A DNA stretch of 64,000 bases from the NCBI GenBank assembly GCA_965235115.1, contig OZ249436.1, forward strand, positions 23,748,001 through 23,812,000, in the 5' to 3' direction. A program made the position numbers and the translations under genes. Under the pieces are notes generated by a model, which was not told the DNA's origin, made no database searches, and saw nothing but the letters and a program-made list of their open reading frames with translations. Below, one piece after another: positions 1 through 12,480 of this stretch. This DNA comes from Laetmonice hystrix (Eukaryota). Position 1 is the first letter of the stretch. The number at the start of each line of letters is the position of its first letter.

Positions 1-440
1 AGGTATCACATGACCTTTTTCGTTGATTCTAAAAAAAATTTCAAGATGGTCGCCAAAATTTGCGAATTTCTAATTTCACCACCATTTGATAGCATACTAC
101 CCATCCTGTCTCTGACTCCAAGATGGTTTGCCTATCCATAATAGTTTTTGTGCTATGGCTCATGAAAGTTGTTTTTTTTCACCCATTTTGATTGAAAATC
201 CTCAAAATCTCGAATATGGTTGAAGATATCAACGTCGCGTTTTCACCATTGGATTCAGCAGAAAAAATTACGTGGAAATGAGGTATCACATGACTTTTTT
301 TCGTTGATTCTAAAAAATTCAAGATGGCCGCCAAAATTTGCGAATTTCTAATTTGACCACCATTTGATAGCATACTTCCCATACGGTCTCTGACGCCAAG
401 AGGGTTTGCCTATCCATAATAGTTTTTGTGCTATGGCTCC
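1..440. repeat. ~280-bp tandem repeat (about 1.6 copies visible) containing CAAGATGGYCGCC
   Basis: aggtatcacatgac...aagatgg..gccaaaatttgcgaatttc recurs at 1 and 281; it resembles the 258-bp unit seen later. Confidence 0.7.
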
Positions 441-1384
441 CAAAATTTGGTTTTATTTATCAAAAATTTATCAATTTAACATTTATTTAATAGAAAAAAA
501 ACAGCCACCACATGTCGTGACCGTTCCAACACCTGTTTAACTTTCAGAGATTACATATGAACAAGTCGAAAAGGCATTGCTTTTGACAGTAGTTGAAACA
601 GACTGTGCCTATACCCTCCATACATGTAGTCAATATAAACCTGGGGACCAGGCTACGTTACCTTTGACCTTTTTAGGTCGCCAGCAAAAGTGGGGGGAGG
701 GGGGATGGCATGTCCCCCGTCCCCCCGGCAGTTGTGCCCCTGTCCTGGCACTCGGCTCACCCACGATTGACTCCGTCATATCTCGGCTGTACGACGAAGG
801 TTCCCATGCTGGGGGGTGGGGTGGGTGGGTGGCTAGGTCGGGACCGCTGACCCGGATGTAAACAACAAACTCGCGCGCTGCCGCCGTGCCGAAAATGTAG
901 AACTCCCTAGTGTCGGACTTTATACAAAGTCAGAATATCTGGGTTTCCTCCCAGGTGAAGAAGAGACTGTTTTGTCTCCACGATAGAAAATTCGAAGTAC
1001 AGGTATGCTGAGAAATTATATTTGAACTAGGCCTATGTGCCTGTGCGTAGGGGTCGACTATTTACTCTTTGTGTTCATGTGCGACCGCTTTACACTACTT
1101 TGCACGAAAAACGGGAAAATGGCCGCTTCATACATCCGAGGCCTGCTTCGCCTCCGGATATGACCTAGAAACAGCCAATCAGAAGCAGCGTCGGTGTTCC
1201 GAGTGCCTGTCCTGGTTACAGCCTACTGTAAAAAAAAACAAAAAAAAAAAACCTTCAGCCACAGTGCTTCAGGTGTATGTGGCCACCGTCGTGATATATA
1301 GTATTGGTAACAAGCCAATTGTCCGCTTGCAGATCCATCTGTGTTTGTTGTCAGGGCAACAGGCAATTTCTAACTCTACTCTCT

Positions 1385-2991
1385 AGCTATTTACTAAGCC
1401 AAAACGCAATTATAGCTCTTTAAACTTTACACACAAGGAGCTATACATGCTTTATATACATATATATAACATACATAGGCTTTCAAAACAAAAGATTAAA
1501 TATTTTTGAAGTTACCCCTGCTACCTACCAAGCCAGGCATTGGTACGAATTCAATGCAAATAAACCATGTAAAATATCATAGCACGATGGCAGCGCCAGT
1601 GCTTCGTACCTGTGACAGGTCCCGGGTTCAAATCCTGGCGAAGTCACTATAATTTTTTTTCCGGTTTTGATTTTTTTCGGCCACTAAATTAGAAAAATAT
1701 TATGTTTCTTGCCTTGACAATTGCCAGTATTTCAGCTATACATGTTTTACAGCTGTATTTCACGTTCCATACCGAAAATATACAGTAGTCTACTTTTAAA
1801 TATTAAATATGCGTCACTGTCTGCAGTGTGGACTTCTCTATGGCGAACGCCATTGGATTTTTGAACTGAGATTTGTCATTGCTTCCGAGTTCATCTCGCC
1901 TCTATTACAAGACGACTATCTCTTCAAAATAGTCTTGCATTGAGCTAAATATGTCTCTGAAGTACTCCTCCCGTTTCAGACAGAAATAATCGATACTTCT
2001 TTACTACAGAGGTGGTTAGTAACAGTGTGTGCTGTCAACTTCTCCATGCAGAGACTGAGCGACAAGCTGACGTCACTCACTAACCAGGTTTCTAGGTCAT
2101 TCGATCAGTGGCCAAATTCGCTGTCTCTCTTCACGACCTTAACTTACATAATTGATCTCCGTGTTGTTAATTATATATTTTGCTAATTGAAATTTATAGC
2201 ATGTTAAAGTAGACAGTTTGAAGACCCCAACCCTGTAAATATTTAAGGCTGTGAGCTTATCGCCTGTAGTTGAGAAGTCCCACAACGTTAGGAATAGATG
2301 ATGTCAAAGATGACGTCATAGATGACGTCACAAGTCACGTGATTAATAGAAATTCGTACCTAATTAAAGAGAACATAACCTTTTATCAGGATCAAGAAGA
2401 ATTATGATTCTTTTTTAAATATTTCGAGAGTTACAGCCAGGACTCTTCCAAATGACATAATTTCCAAAGTTTAAGGTCACGTCTCTAGGTCAAAATAGGG
2501 CACAGCGCGTAACCATGAAGTTCCCAGTTGAACACCCCAATGGAGATGTGTTGTAGCCAATTTGGGCTCAGTTCGTTAAAAATTCAGGGAGAAGAAGCGA
2601 TTTGGTCACATTTTGACCCGTGACCTAGATCTCGGAAGGGTCAAAGGTCAGAGACCAAACTGATAAAAAAAAAGATTCTGCATTACGAACCAAGGTCCCT
2701 GAAATGAATAGGGGCCTACATTTTGTCTAGCTGCTCCTGGGGCTCTACAATAAGGTTGTTGCCTGTGAAGTTATAACTCCATGATGTGACGTCATATGAC
2801 GTCATATGACGTCATGCATAATAATATAAGTAATTTGTCCCATAATCAACCATCAGCCCAAGTTTCATTAAGATCCATTTAAAAATGAGTGAGATACAGG
2901 CATTGTCTAACTACAACAATAATGAAGTATAATAATAGTGTACACTAACATCGACAATTTCAATATCCCATTCCCCTCCGGGGAATGGGAT
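1385..2991 (-). mobile_element. Partial HINE/DINE-1-like element (diverged relative of family B) with its 5' head
   Basis: Collinear similarity to 58705-60278 (agccaaaacgca...cacacaaggagctata; gtcactgtctgcagtgtggact; attgatctccgtgttgttaattatat). Ends in an atcccattcccc...ggggaatgggat hairpin. Confidence 0.7.
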
Positions 2992-3337
2992 AATAATAGT
3001 GTCCACGAAACCGGACAACTTCAAAATCCCATTCCCCTTCCAGGGGGAATGGGATAATAATAATAATAATAATAGTGTACACGAAACCGGACAACTTCAA
3101 AATCCCATTCCCCTTCCAGGGGGAATGGGATAATAATAATAGTGTACACGAAACCGGACAACTTCAAAATCCCATTCCCCTTCCAGGGGGAATGGGATAA
3201 TAATAGTGTACACGAAACCGGACAACTTCAAAATCCCATTCCCCTTCCAGGGGGAATGGGATAATAATAGTGTACACTAACATCGACAATTTCAAAATCC
3301 CATTCCCCTCCGGGGGAATGGGATAATAATAATAATA
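2937..3337 (-). repeat. Stack of 6 HINE 5' heads (order X,Y,Y,Y,Y,X) separated by (AAT)n
   Basis: ~60-bp units agtgtacac...aaatcccattcccc(n)ggggaatgggat; two sequence types. Confidence 0.85.
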
Positions 3338-3399
3338 ACTAGTCATGTCGTGGTTAACCACGATGGATCCCATCCCCTGGGTGACAATTGATAACATTC

Positions 3400-5270
3400 T
3401 CATGACGTCATAGGTCACGTGTCAAATAATGATGCCAATCGAAAGAGCACACTTCCTACAGGGTATTAGTGTTTAATAGAACGTATCGCTCAAACTTAAA
3501 CCAGTTACAAATTATAAACCTTAGAAAATCTGAATGACATCGTTATGACGTCATAGGTCACGAGACCTAAAAAATAATGCTGCAAAATGAATTTAGAAAG
3601 ACCATATATGACTTCCTATTCGTGTTGAATAGTAACCATGGGCCCATCTGGAACCTTTTACAAGTTATCACCCTGAGAAAATATCAATAACTTCCCTATG
3701 ACGTCATAGGTCACGTGACCTAAAATGATACAAAACGAAAGAGCATATGAAGTCCTATTTGTGTCCAATAGTAACCATTGCCCTGTCAAGCACACTGTAC
3801 AAGTTATTAAGCTTAGATGATAATAAGAACATCCTTATGACGTCATAGGTCACGTGACCTGAAATATAAAGGTGGCAAACGAAAGGGCATATACTTCCTA
3901 TCAGTGTTTAATAGTAACTATGGCTGTATCTTCAACCATTTACAAGTTATAGGACAGGGAATATATAGGTGACCTCCTTATGACGTCATAGGTCACGTGA
4001 CCTACAAAACAATGGTGCCAAATGAAAGAACATATGTGAGTTCCTATTCGTGTTCAAAAGTAACTATGGCCCTATCTGGGACCGTTTACAAGTTATAGCC
4101 CTGAGAAAATGTCAATGACATCCTTATGACGTCATAGGTCACGTGACGTGGAAAATGAAGGTGTAGAACGAAAGATTATATATGACTTGCTATTAGTGTT
4201 TAATAGTAACTATAGCTCTATCTTCAACCATTTACAAGTTATGGCCCTGGGTAAATATAGGTGACGTCGTTATGACGTCATAGGTCACGTGACCTACAAA
4301 ACAATGGTGCCAAATGAAAGACCATATATGACTTCCTATTCGTGTTGAAGAGTAACTATGGCCCTATCTGGCACCGTTTACAAGTTATAGCCCTGAGAAA
4401 ATGTCAATGACATCCTTATGACGTCATAGGTCACATGACCTGGAAAATGAAGGTGTAGAACGAAAGAGCATATATGACTTCCTATTAGTGTTTAATAGTA
4501 ACTACGGCTCTATCTTCAACCATTTACAAGTTATGGCCCTGGGAAAATATAGGTGACGTTGTTCTGACGTCATAGGTCACGTGACCCACAAAATAATGGT
4601 GCAAAATGAAAGAACATATATGACTTCCTATTCGTGTTCAATAGTAACTATGGCCGAGCTGGCACCGTTTACAAGTTATAGCCCTGAGAACACATTGGCG
4701 ACCTTGCTCTGACGTCATAGGTCACGTGACCTGGAAAATGAAAGTGTAGAACGAAAGATTATATATGACTTCCTATTAGTGTTTAATAGTAACTATGGCT
4801 CTATCTTCAACCATTTACAAGTTATGACCCTGGGGAAATATAGGTGACGTCGTTCTGACGTCATAGGTCACGTGACCTACAAAACAATGGTGCCAAATGA
4901 AAGATTATATATGACTTCCTATTCGTGTTCAAGAGTTACTATGGCCCTATCTGACACCGTTTACAAGTTATAGCTCTGAGAAAATGTCAATGACATCCTT
5001 ATGACGTCATAGGTCACGTGACCTGAAAAATGAAGGTGTATAATGAAAGAGCTTATATGACTTCCTATTAGTGTTTAATAGTAACTATGGCTGTATCTTC
5101 AACCATTTACAAGTTATGGGCCTGGGAAAATATAGGTACCTTCGTTATGACGTCATAGGTCACGTGACCTACAAAATAATGGTGTCAAATGAAAGACTAT
5201 ATATGACTTCCTATTCATGTTCAATAGTAACTATGGCCCTATCTGGCAGCGTTTACAAGTTGTAGCCATA
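3400..5270. repeat. 146-bp tandem array (~12 units), partly an A/B dimeric higher-order repeat
   Basis: tgacgtcataggtcacgtgac at 3981, 4127, 4273 etc. (period 146); alternate units carry ctacaaaacaatggtgcc or tggaaaatgaaggtgtag. Confidence 0.9.
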
Positions 5271-5777
5271 GATATCTAAACTGACCACTGTTCAAAACTT
5301 TAAGGTCACGTGGTTCAGCGAATATAGGTCAAATCGCTTGTACCTATTTGAATGTTTTGAACCTATCGATGTAGAGTACTACTACCAAATATTGTCAAAT
5401 TTTACAAAGAAATGGGGAAGGAGTAGCGATTCAACCCGATTCTGACCCAGGAGCCAGTTCTCCCTAAGGTCAAAGGTCAAAGGTCAAATGAAGGGTCGCT
5501 TTGAGACAGGACCCTTGCCTGATTAAGACGCCATGATGGGTTTTGAAAATTTCGAATATGACCTTGAAAAATATTGCCCCAATGTGTAAGATACGTTTGA
5601 CCTCATGACGTCATGACGTGACGTGACGTGACGTCATGATTGATTGTGTGACCTGACTTTGTCATGGTGAAGACGTGTGCCAAGTTTGATTGGCATTATC
5701 TTGAAAAATGACTGAGATAGACGAAAAGTCTAACTCCTACAACTACTACTACTACTACAACGCAAAGAATAATAATA

Positions 5778-8700
5778 ACTAGCCCGACTGATTGCTAAAG
5801 CAATACAGGGATCCCTTCCCCTGACGAGGAACAATGAAGCAATAATAAAAATAATAATGATAACGAGGCAATAGGTGTTGGTAGGCAACACCAGATCCCA
5901 TTTCCCATTTATGTACATGACGTGCACCTAGCCATGACGTGTACAACTACATGATGTGTACCTAGCCATGACGTGTACCTAGCCAAAACCAGACATGGCG
6001 ATTAGTATGGCTATAACAATGGCACAACAGGCATTGGTGTATTATGACGTCATTATGACGTTATACGTCACACGACGTCATAAGTCTTGGTGGCAACTGA
6101 AAGAGCATCTATGAGTTCCTATTCGGGTTCAATAGTAACTATGATCGTATCTAGCACCGTTTCGGAGTTACAGGCCTCTGAAAATCCTTAGAAAATGGCA
6201 ATGACGTCATTATGACGTCATACGTGATGATAGGTCAAAAAGGTTGGTGGCATTCGAAAGAGCATATATGACTTCCTATTCATGTTCAATAGTAACCATG
6301 GCTCTATCTTACACCGTTTCAGAGTTACCGCCATTTGTTTCTCAAAAATGGCTATGACCCAATTTCGATGTCACATGGTATGCTAAAAATAGTGCACAGC
6401 CCTTAGTCTGATCCCGGGGATCTGGGAAACCCCATGGAGATTCCCTGGTATCAATTTGGGCTCGATTTGTCAAAAATTGTTGGAGGAGAGGCGAATTAGT
6501 AACATTTTGAGCTGTGACCTAGATTTCAAGAAGGTCAAAGGTCAGGAAAGTGCTATGAATGAATTTTCTCTGATCATGGGACTGGTACAATGAGGCACAA
6601 TGAGGTACTTCCCAAAACACCAAATTAAGTCATGACGTCACGTCATATGACGTAAATCTTGGTGTCATTTGAAAGAGCATCTATGAGATCCTATTCGTGT
6701 TCAATAGTAACTATGACCCTATCTAGCACAGTTTAAGAGTTATAGGCCTCTGAAAATGCCAATGACGTCATTATGACGTTATACGTCACATGACGTCATA
6801 AATCCTGGTGTCAATTGAAAGAGCATATATGACTTCCTATTCATGTTCAATAGTAACCATGGCTCTATCTTAAACGGTTTCAGAGTTACAGTCATTTGTT
6901 TTTTTAAAAAAATGGCTATGACCCAAATTCAATGTCACATGCCATTTCTCTACTTTCAAAGTTTAGCACTAGGTCGCAAACCCCCCCCCCCCGGCAATAT
7001 CCCGGGTCAGAGACTGCCACATATCGCTATGTGGGAGGAAGGGGGTCCCCGATAATGCTAGTCCCAGTATGCGGCAGGTAGGGGGGTCCCTCATATTTAA
7101 TAGGCCTATTAAGTGAGGAAGTTCTAGTCCCAATAGATATGGGGAAGGTAGGGGGTCCCTGATATTTAGCCGACATATTGATATGTGACCATCCCTGGCC
7201 CAGATAGATATTCTCAATTCAATACAATACAATATGTTTATTCACAACCTTGACACTCCATCTGCCGCCGCCAGGGCCAGGGCCCGGCCCCCTAGCGTGA
7301 GGACAGTGTATAGTCGAGACGTGCTGCTACCTGGTGTCAAACTTCGCCCCCCCCCCCAACTTTCAAAGCAAAAGTTTACATCAGTAGCAATTCAAAGCAC
7401 TAGCAGCAGGCAGAACGGGGTACCTCCAAGGATCCTTAGTAGCTCATGACAAGAGCCTAGGATTGATGTGCGACAGGTCTGGCGTTCGATTCCCCATCAA
7501 GTCATTTGCTGTTTTCGTTTTGATGTTTTTTTTCGACTGAATTTGAAAAATATTATGTTTCTCCCCTTGACAATTGCCAGTCATTCGGCTACAGATAATT
7601 TACAGCTATATTTCACGTTTAATGACGAAATATACAGCATATATACGCCACTGTCTGCAGTGTGGACTTACTATGGAGAACGCCATTGGATTTAACTGAT
7701 ATTTGTTAGTAAATAGCTTCGGTCTTCACATGGCGAGTTCCATTCCGACACTTGGAATCTTCTCTTCAAAGTTGCCTGACATTGAGCTAAATATGTACCT
7801 GAAGTACTCCCCATAGATTTAGGCAGAAATAATATAGATACTTATTAATACAGAGGCCGATAGGCTCAGTGTCTGCAGTCGGCCCCTTCCAGCGGACAAC
7901 CAGCGGGGACCCGACGTCACTCACGAAAGAGGTTTCTAGGTCACTCGTTCAGTGGTCAAATTGCCTGTCTCTCTTCACGACCTTCTCTTATATAATTGAT
8001 CTCCGTATTGTTAATTATATATTTTGCCAATTGAAATTTATAATATCTTAAAGTAGACAGTTTAAAGTCCACACCGTGTAAATATTAAAACGCTGAGCTT
8101 ATTGTCCCGTAGTTGAGAAGTGTCCCAAAGTAAAGAAGAGATCACGTTGCAGATGACGTTGTAGATGACGTCACAGGTCACGTGGCACCAAAAATATGGT
8201 ACCTAATTAAAGTAGACATAAACCTTTATAAGGTTCATTTAAAATTATGGCTCTATCTCCAATCATTCATGAGTTACAGCACAAAATCTTCCAAATGACC
8301 CAAGTCAAGCTCAAGTTCAAAACTTTCAGGTCACGTGGTTCAGCGAAAATAGATCAAATCGCTTATCCGCCTAGGAATCTGGTTGAGCTGTCCCTAGAGA
8401 GTGCCTGTGCGACATATTATCAAGATTTATCAAAAAAATGGGAAGAAGTAATGATTAAACCGATTTGCGAGTTAGGGACCAGGTCTGTCTAAGTTCAAAG
8501 GTCAAAGGTCAAATGAAGGGTCAGACTTATGCAGCACCCTTGCCCGACTAAAACGCCTTGACGAGTTTTGGAAATTCCCAAGATGAGGTTCAAAAATGGG
8601 CTTTAATGTACAAAACACGTTTCACGTCATGACGTCATGACGTGACGTTACGTGACGTCATGACGCAGCATGAGATCAGAGTTTGTCATGGTCAAGACGT

Positions 8701-8854
8701 AGCCCAAGTTTCATTGAGATATCTTGAAAAATGACTGAGATATACGTATGGGTTTACGACTACGACTACTACTACTACTACTACTACAGGCATAAAAATA
8801 AGGAAGACGAAACCAGACAATTTCAAGATCCCTTCCCCTATCGGGGGAAGGGAT
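5778..8854 (-). mobile_element. HINE family B, complete copy nested in element A
   Basis: Tail ACTAGcccgactgattgctaaagcaatacagggATCCCTTCCCCT; head ATCCCTTCCCCTatcgGGGGAAGGGAT; (ACT)n near 8760-8787; closely similar to 56613-60278 and 60428-64000. Confidence 0.85.
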
Positions 8855-9187
8855 AATAATACGGAAGACGAAACCACACAATTTCTAGATCCCATCCCCT
8901 GGATAGGGATGGGATAATAATAATAATAATAATAAAGTACACGCAAACACGACAACTTCAAGATCTTCAAGATCCCAGAATGGGATAATAATAGTGTACA
9001 CCCAAACCGTACAATTTCAGGATCCCGTTCCTCAGTCGGAGGAACGGGATAATAATAATAGTGTACACCCAAACCGTACAATTTCAGGATCCCGTTCCTC
9101 AGTCGGAGGAACGGGATAATAATAATAGTGTACACCCAAACCGTACAATTTCAGAATCCCGTTCCTCCGACTGAGGAACGGGATAAT
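8795..9187 (-). repeat. Stack of 6 HINE 5' heads of four types
   Basis: Hairpins atcccttcccct, atcccatcccct, a deleted atccca-gaatgggat, and three atcccgttcctc, separated by AAT runs. Confidence 0.85.
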
Positions 9188-9333
9188 TAGGAAAAGTTCA
9201 CGTGACAGTGACTGGAACGGGTGCTGAGGCCAAACATGGAAAGGACAATGGCCCGCTGAACAATATACCTGGTTCAAAATATAGGTATTTCTTCGCTAGT
9301 ATACAGAGGTAGCATTATTCAGCATTATTCAAT

Positions 9334-9900
9334 ATGAGAAGTACATGTTACAGGGAACCAAACGGGAACACACGTGTTGTGGAAAAAAGGAAAAGCTTTA
9401 ATAAACTGAATGGTTTTATTAGGATAGGTAGTTTTAACATACAAGGTAGTGTTGACAAGAAACTGAATTTCAATGATGTCAAAAGCTTAATTGTTCGCTG
9501 TGATATCAGGTTCATACAAGAAACATGGTTCATTGAAAGTAGTGTGATGTCAGAAACCAACAGCAATATATTCAGAAGTGACAGAAAAAAGAATAAGAAG
9601 GCAGCAGGGTCAGGAGGGGTGTGTGCAATATTCAAAACACAGGTGCGAGCAGGCCTATGGAAAATTAACAGTAAAGTGGCTGACTTTATGTGGGTCAAAC
9701 TCCACAAGGCATTCTTTGGCATGGAAAAAGACTTATGTGTAACTGCTACATTCCTCCTGAGAAATCAACTCTGCATGAATCCATGAGTAGCGGATACTAT
9801 GAGACTTAAAGAAGAGGTATCCCAGTACAGTACAGTAGGGCACATACTATTTTGTGGAGACTTCAATGCTAGAACAGGGGGTTTACAGGAAAAGTTCAGA
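9334..9900 (+). pseudogene. Degenerate APE-type endonuclease fragment of a non-LTR retrotransposon (LINE ORF2 N-terminus)
   Basis: Motifs IGSFNIQG, IQETW, GSGGV, FMWVKL and, after a frameshift/stop, LFCGDFNARTG; no reverse transcriptase follows. Confidence 0.8.
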
Positions 9901-10025
9901 ACAATTGACGACGACATCGCTAGACGAAGGAGAAAGCAATACAACAAATATGTATATTTATAAGAGACATCTGCAGGAGCATAGAAACAAATAATAAATC
10001 ATATACTGTAGATGAATAAAGATCA

Positions 10026-11686
10026 TGTAATGATCGACTTTATGGGTGCGACAAGATGCGGACTTTGGTGCAGTTTATATCACCCAAGTGTCAGTTAAGA
10101 TTATCCGCTAGGTGGCAGTCCAATCTCGTCGGAACCTCTTCCCTAGGTGGCGTTGTATTCTCTCGGGTCTGAGAGGTTAAGGTAAAGGACGGACCTCAAC
10201 ATCGTGTCCTCCACGTTACTCGGACTCAGATAGTTTTTCATCAGAATCCCACCCCTTCCCCGTACTCCTCCGTCTCGGTTCAACTTCGCCTGTAGGGGTC
10301 GCAGCCACCTCCTTCTCTGATGTATGAACGTCAGTTAGTGAGATATGTTGTGATAGGTTTTATGGTACCGCCGGTATTCATTCCGTGATGGGGTTACATA
10401 CCAGTTATTCCTCGTTTACTGGTATCTTCCCTTCGTCTGTTGCCCCTTTTATGTCAGTTGTGTTATTAGTCCAATATACCATTGGTCAGATCGTGAGCTA
10501 CACGCCAGGGGGCTCCATCCTGTCTGTTTTGAGATCCAATAATCCTCCAGAGTTTTTATGCTGGTAGTTTTACGGAGGTGCACCTGTGTTCTTTCCGTGT
10601 TGTGTGTTGAGGAGATCCAGTGATCCCTTGGTTACTGTAGTGTTAGAAGTCGTCAGTTACTTTGAACACTGGGGGCATGCGCCACCCCTCTCCCTTCAAG
10701 GGAGTCATTAACTTGTATGTTTTGAGAGATCCGGTGATCCTCCCGGGAAGTGTATGTTAGTAGTTTTATGGAAGAAGAAATGGTTTCCTTCCGTTGGTTA
10801 TTGAGGAGATCCGGCGATCCTTCTGTTCGTGGGTTGGGGAGATTCGGTGCTCCCTCGGTTTCTGTTAAAATACTTCAGTGGCATTTCAACAGTGGGGGCC
10901 GGTTCCAACCCCCCCCCCCCCCTTTTCCAGTGAGTCATTATCTTGGCTGGTTCGAGAGAGATCCGGTCATCCTCCTGAGATGTTTATGCTAGTTTTACGG
11001 AGTAGAGCCTCTCTTCTTTCCGTCTGTGTGTTGAGGAGATCCGGTGATCCCTCGGTGACGGTGAATATTTCGGTTACGTTTATCTAGATCCGGTCATCCT
11101 CCCAATATGTTTATGTTAGTTGTTTTACGGAGGAGAACATGTGTTCTTTCCGTGTTGTGTGTCGAGGAGATCCGGCGATCCCTTGGTTACTGTTAGAATA
11201 CGTCAGTTGCGTTAAACAGTGGGGGCCTGGTCCAACCCTTGAAGGGAGTCAGTAACTTTTATGTTTCGGGAGAGATCCGGTGATCCTCCCGAGGTTTATG
11301 TTAGTAGTTTTACGGAAGAGAAATGGTTTCCTTCCATGTAGTTATTGAGGAGATCCGGTGATCCCTCGGTTAGGGTTACAATACCCCAGTTACTTATGAC
11401 CGTTTTCATAACAGTTATTTGTGTCTTAGTCTTATCTCCATTGTCATATTGTAGACTAGACACCATTTCTCCATGTATTATGTTAGCACAATAATAGTTC
11501 ATATATGGGTAGAGTAAACTCTTATTTGCTTATTCCACTGAACTACCCACTTCATATTTTCATACATTATTGGAACCTAGTTTCCGATTGTTCACTTATT
11601 ATGTTATTACACCATCCCATACCTATGTATACGAAAGTCCTACCTTATACGTTATAGGAAGTTATACTGTATAATAAAATATTACA
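10026..11686 (+). mobile_element. Possible solo LTR-like sequence with internal degenerate tandem repeats
   Basis: Begins TGTAAT and ends AATAAAATATTACA (TGTAAT/ATTACA inverted ends, polyA signal); internal gagatccggtgatcc repeats at ~10520-11380. No TSD visible. Confidence 0.3.
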
Positions 11687-12480
11687 GGGCCATATGGCCA
11701 TAACGAAACAAAATGAGATGTCATGTTATTCAGGGTGGAGCATCTAGGAGCCACACATAAAAGTGTTTAAAAGCTGTAAACGATGCTGACATACAGATAA
11801 CACTGTAAATCAGGTAGTGTGAGTCAAATAAACCATCATTGTCATTGTCATATTTAAGTCGGGACCGATGGTGGGGCTGGAGAGTGGCAATGGATAAGTG
11901 CAGTCGAGTATGTCCAAACACGGTTTTCGCCGACCTGGGCTAAAAGAACGACGGTAGCCCAGGCGGCGCTAAACACGACATGTACCAGCAACGGAAAAAA
12001 CGTGGTTTTGAAAGTAACAGGTCCCTTAGCTGTTATGTAAATGTTATGAGAGATCGTGTGAACTTGGTCGTTTGGTTTATTTAACCCAAGAACCATTGCA
12101 GTTCCTTCACAGGTGTGTGTTTTGGGTTCATGTACAGATTGAGTAGACCGAGTAGATTGAGTCGCCACCCTTCCTTCTCTTTATTACATGCACCCGTTAC
12201 AACCACTTCTTACTTCTCATGAGTACCACCTGAGGCTGCCTTAATTAAGAAGTAAAACTCTACACGTTATTTAAGAAGAAACTATGAAAGGATATAAAAC
12301 AGATTAAAAATTCCTTCATTCCCTCTGTATCATTGATGTGTTTTTATTCTACAGAACTCTCCCAGATACGATTGAAGCGGTCTCTCTCTCACCGAGCAAA
12401 ACGTCAAATACAGATTCCTGATTCCCCAGCTGTGGGTAAGTATCGTACCATTGAAGACTTTACAGCCTACTTCCCAACCG

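Larger units (their letters stand above)
3338..8915 (-). mobile_element. HINE element A (body 3338-5777, head displaced to 8856-8915 by nested element B)
   Basis: Tail ACTAG + hairpin tcgtggttaaccacga + subTIR atcccatcccctgg; 146-bp array; (ACT)n near 5740-5757; head atcccatcccctggatagggatgggat matches. Confidence 0.8.

Noticed and set aside
896..1002. Possible small exon ending CAG|GTATG after a GC-rich promoter-like stretch
   Set aside because: The ATG is immediately followed by a stop and no domain is recognisable; cannot be supported.
2937..3337. CRISPR-like array of palindromic repeats (also 8795-9187, 32660-33027, 60215-60411)
   Set aside because: No unique spacers (only AAT runs), no cas genes, eukaryotic context; the units match transposon termini.
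8692..9277. Tyr/Ile/Val-rich ORFs over head stacks (also 3164, 32654, 60158)
   Set aside because: Low-complexity products of AAT/ACT repeats and hairpin units.
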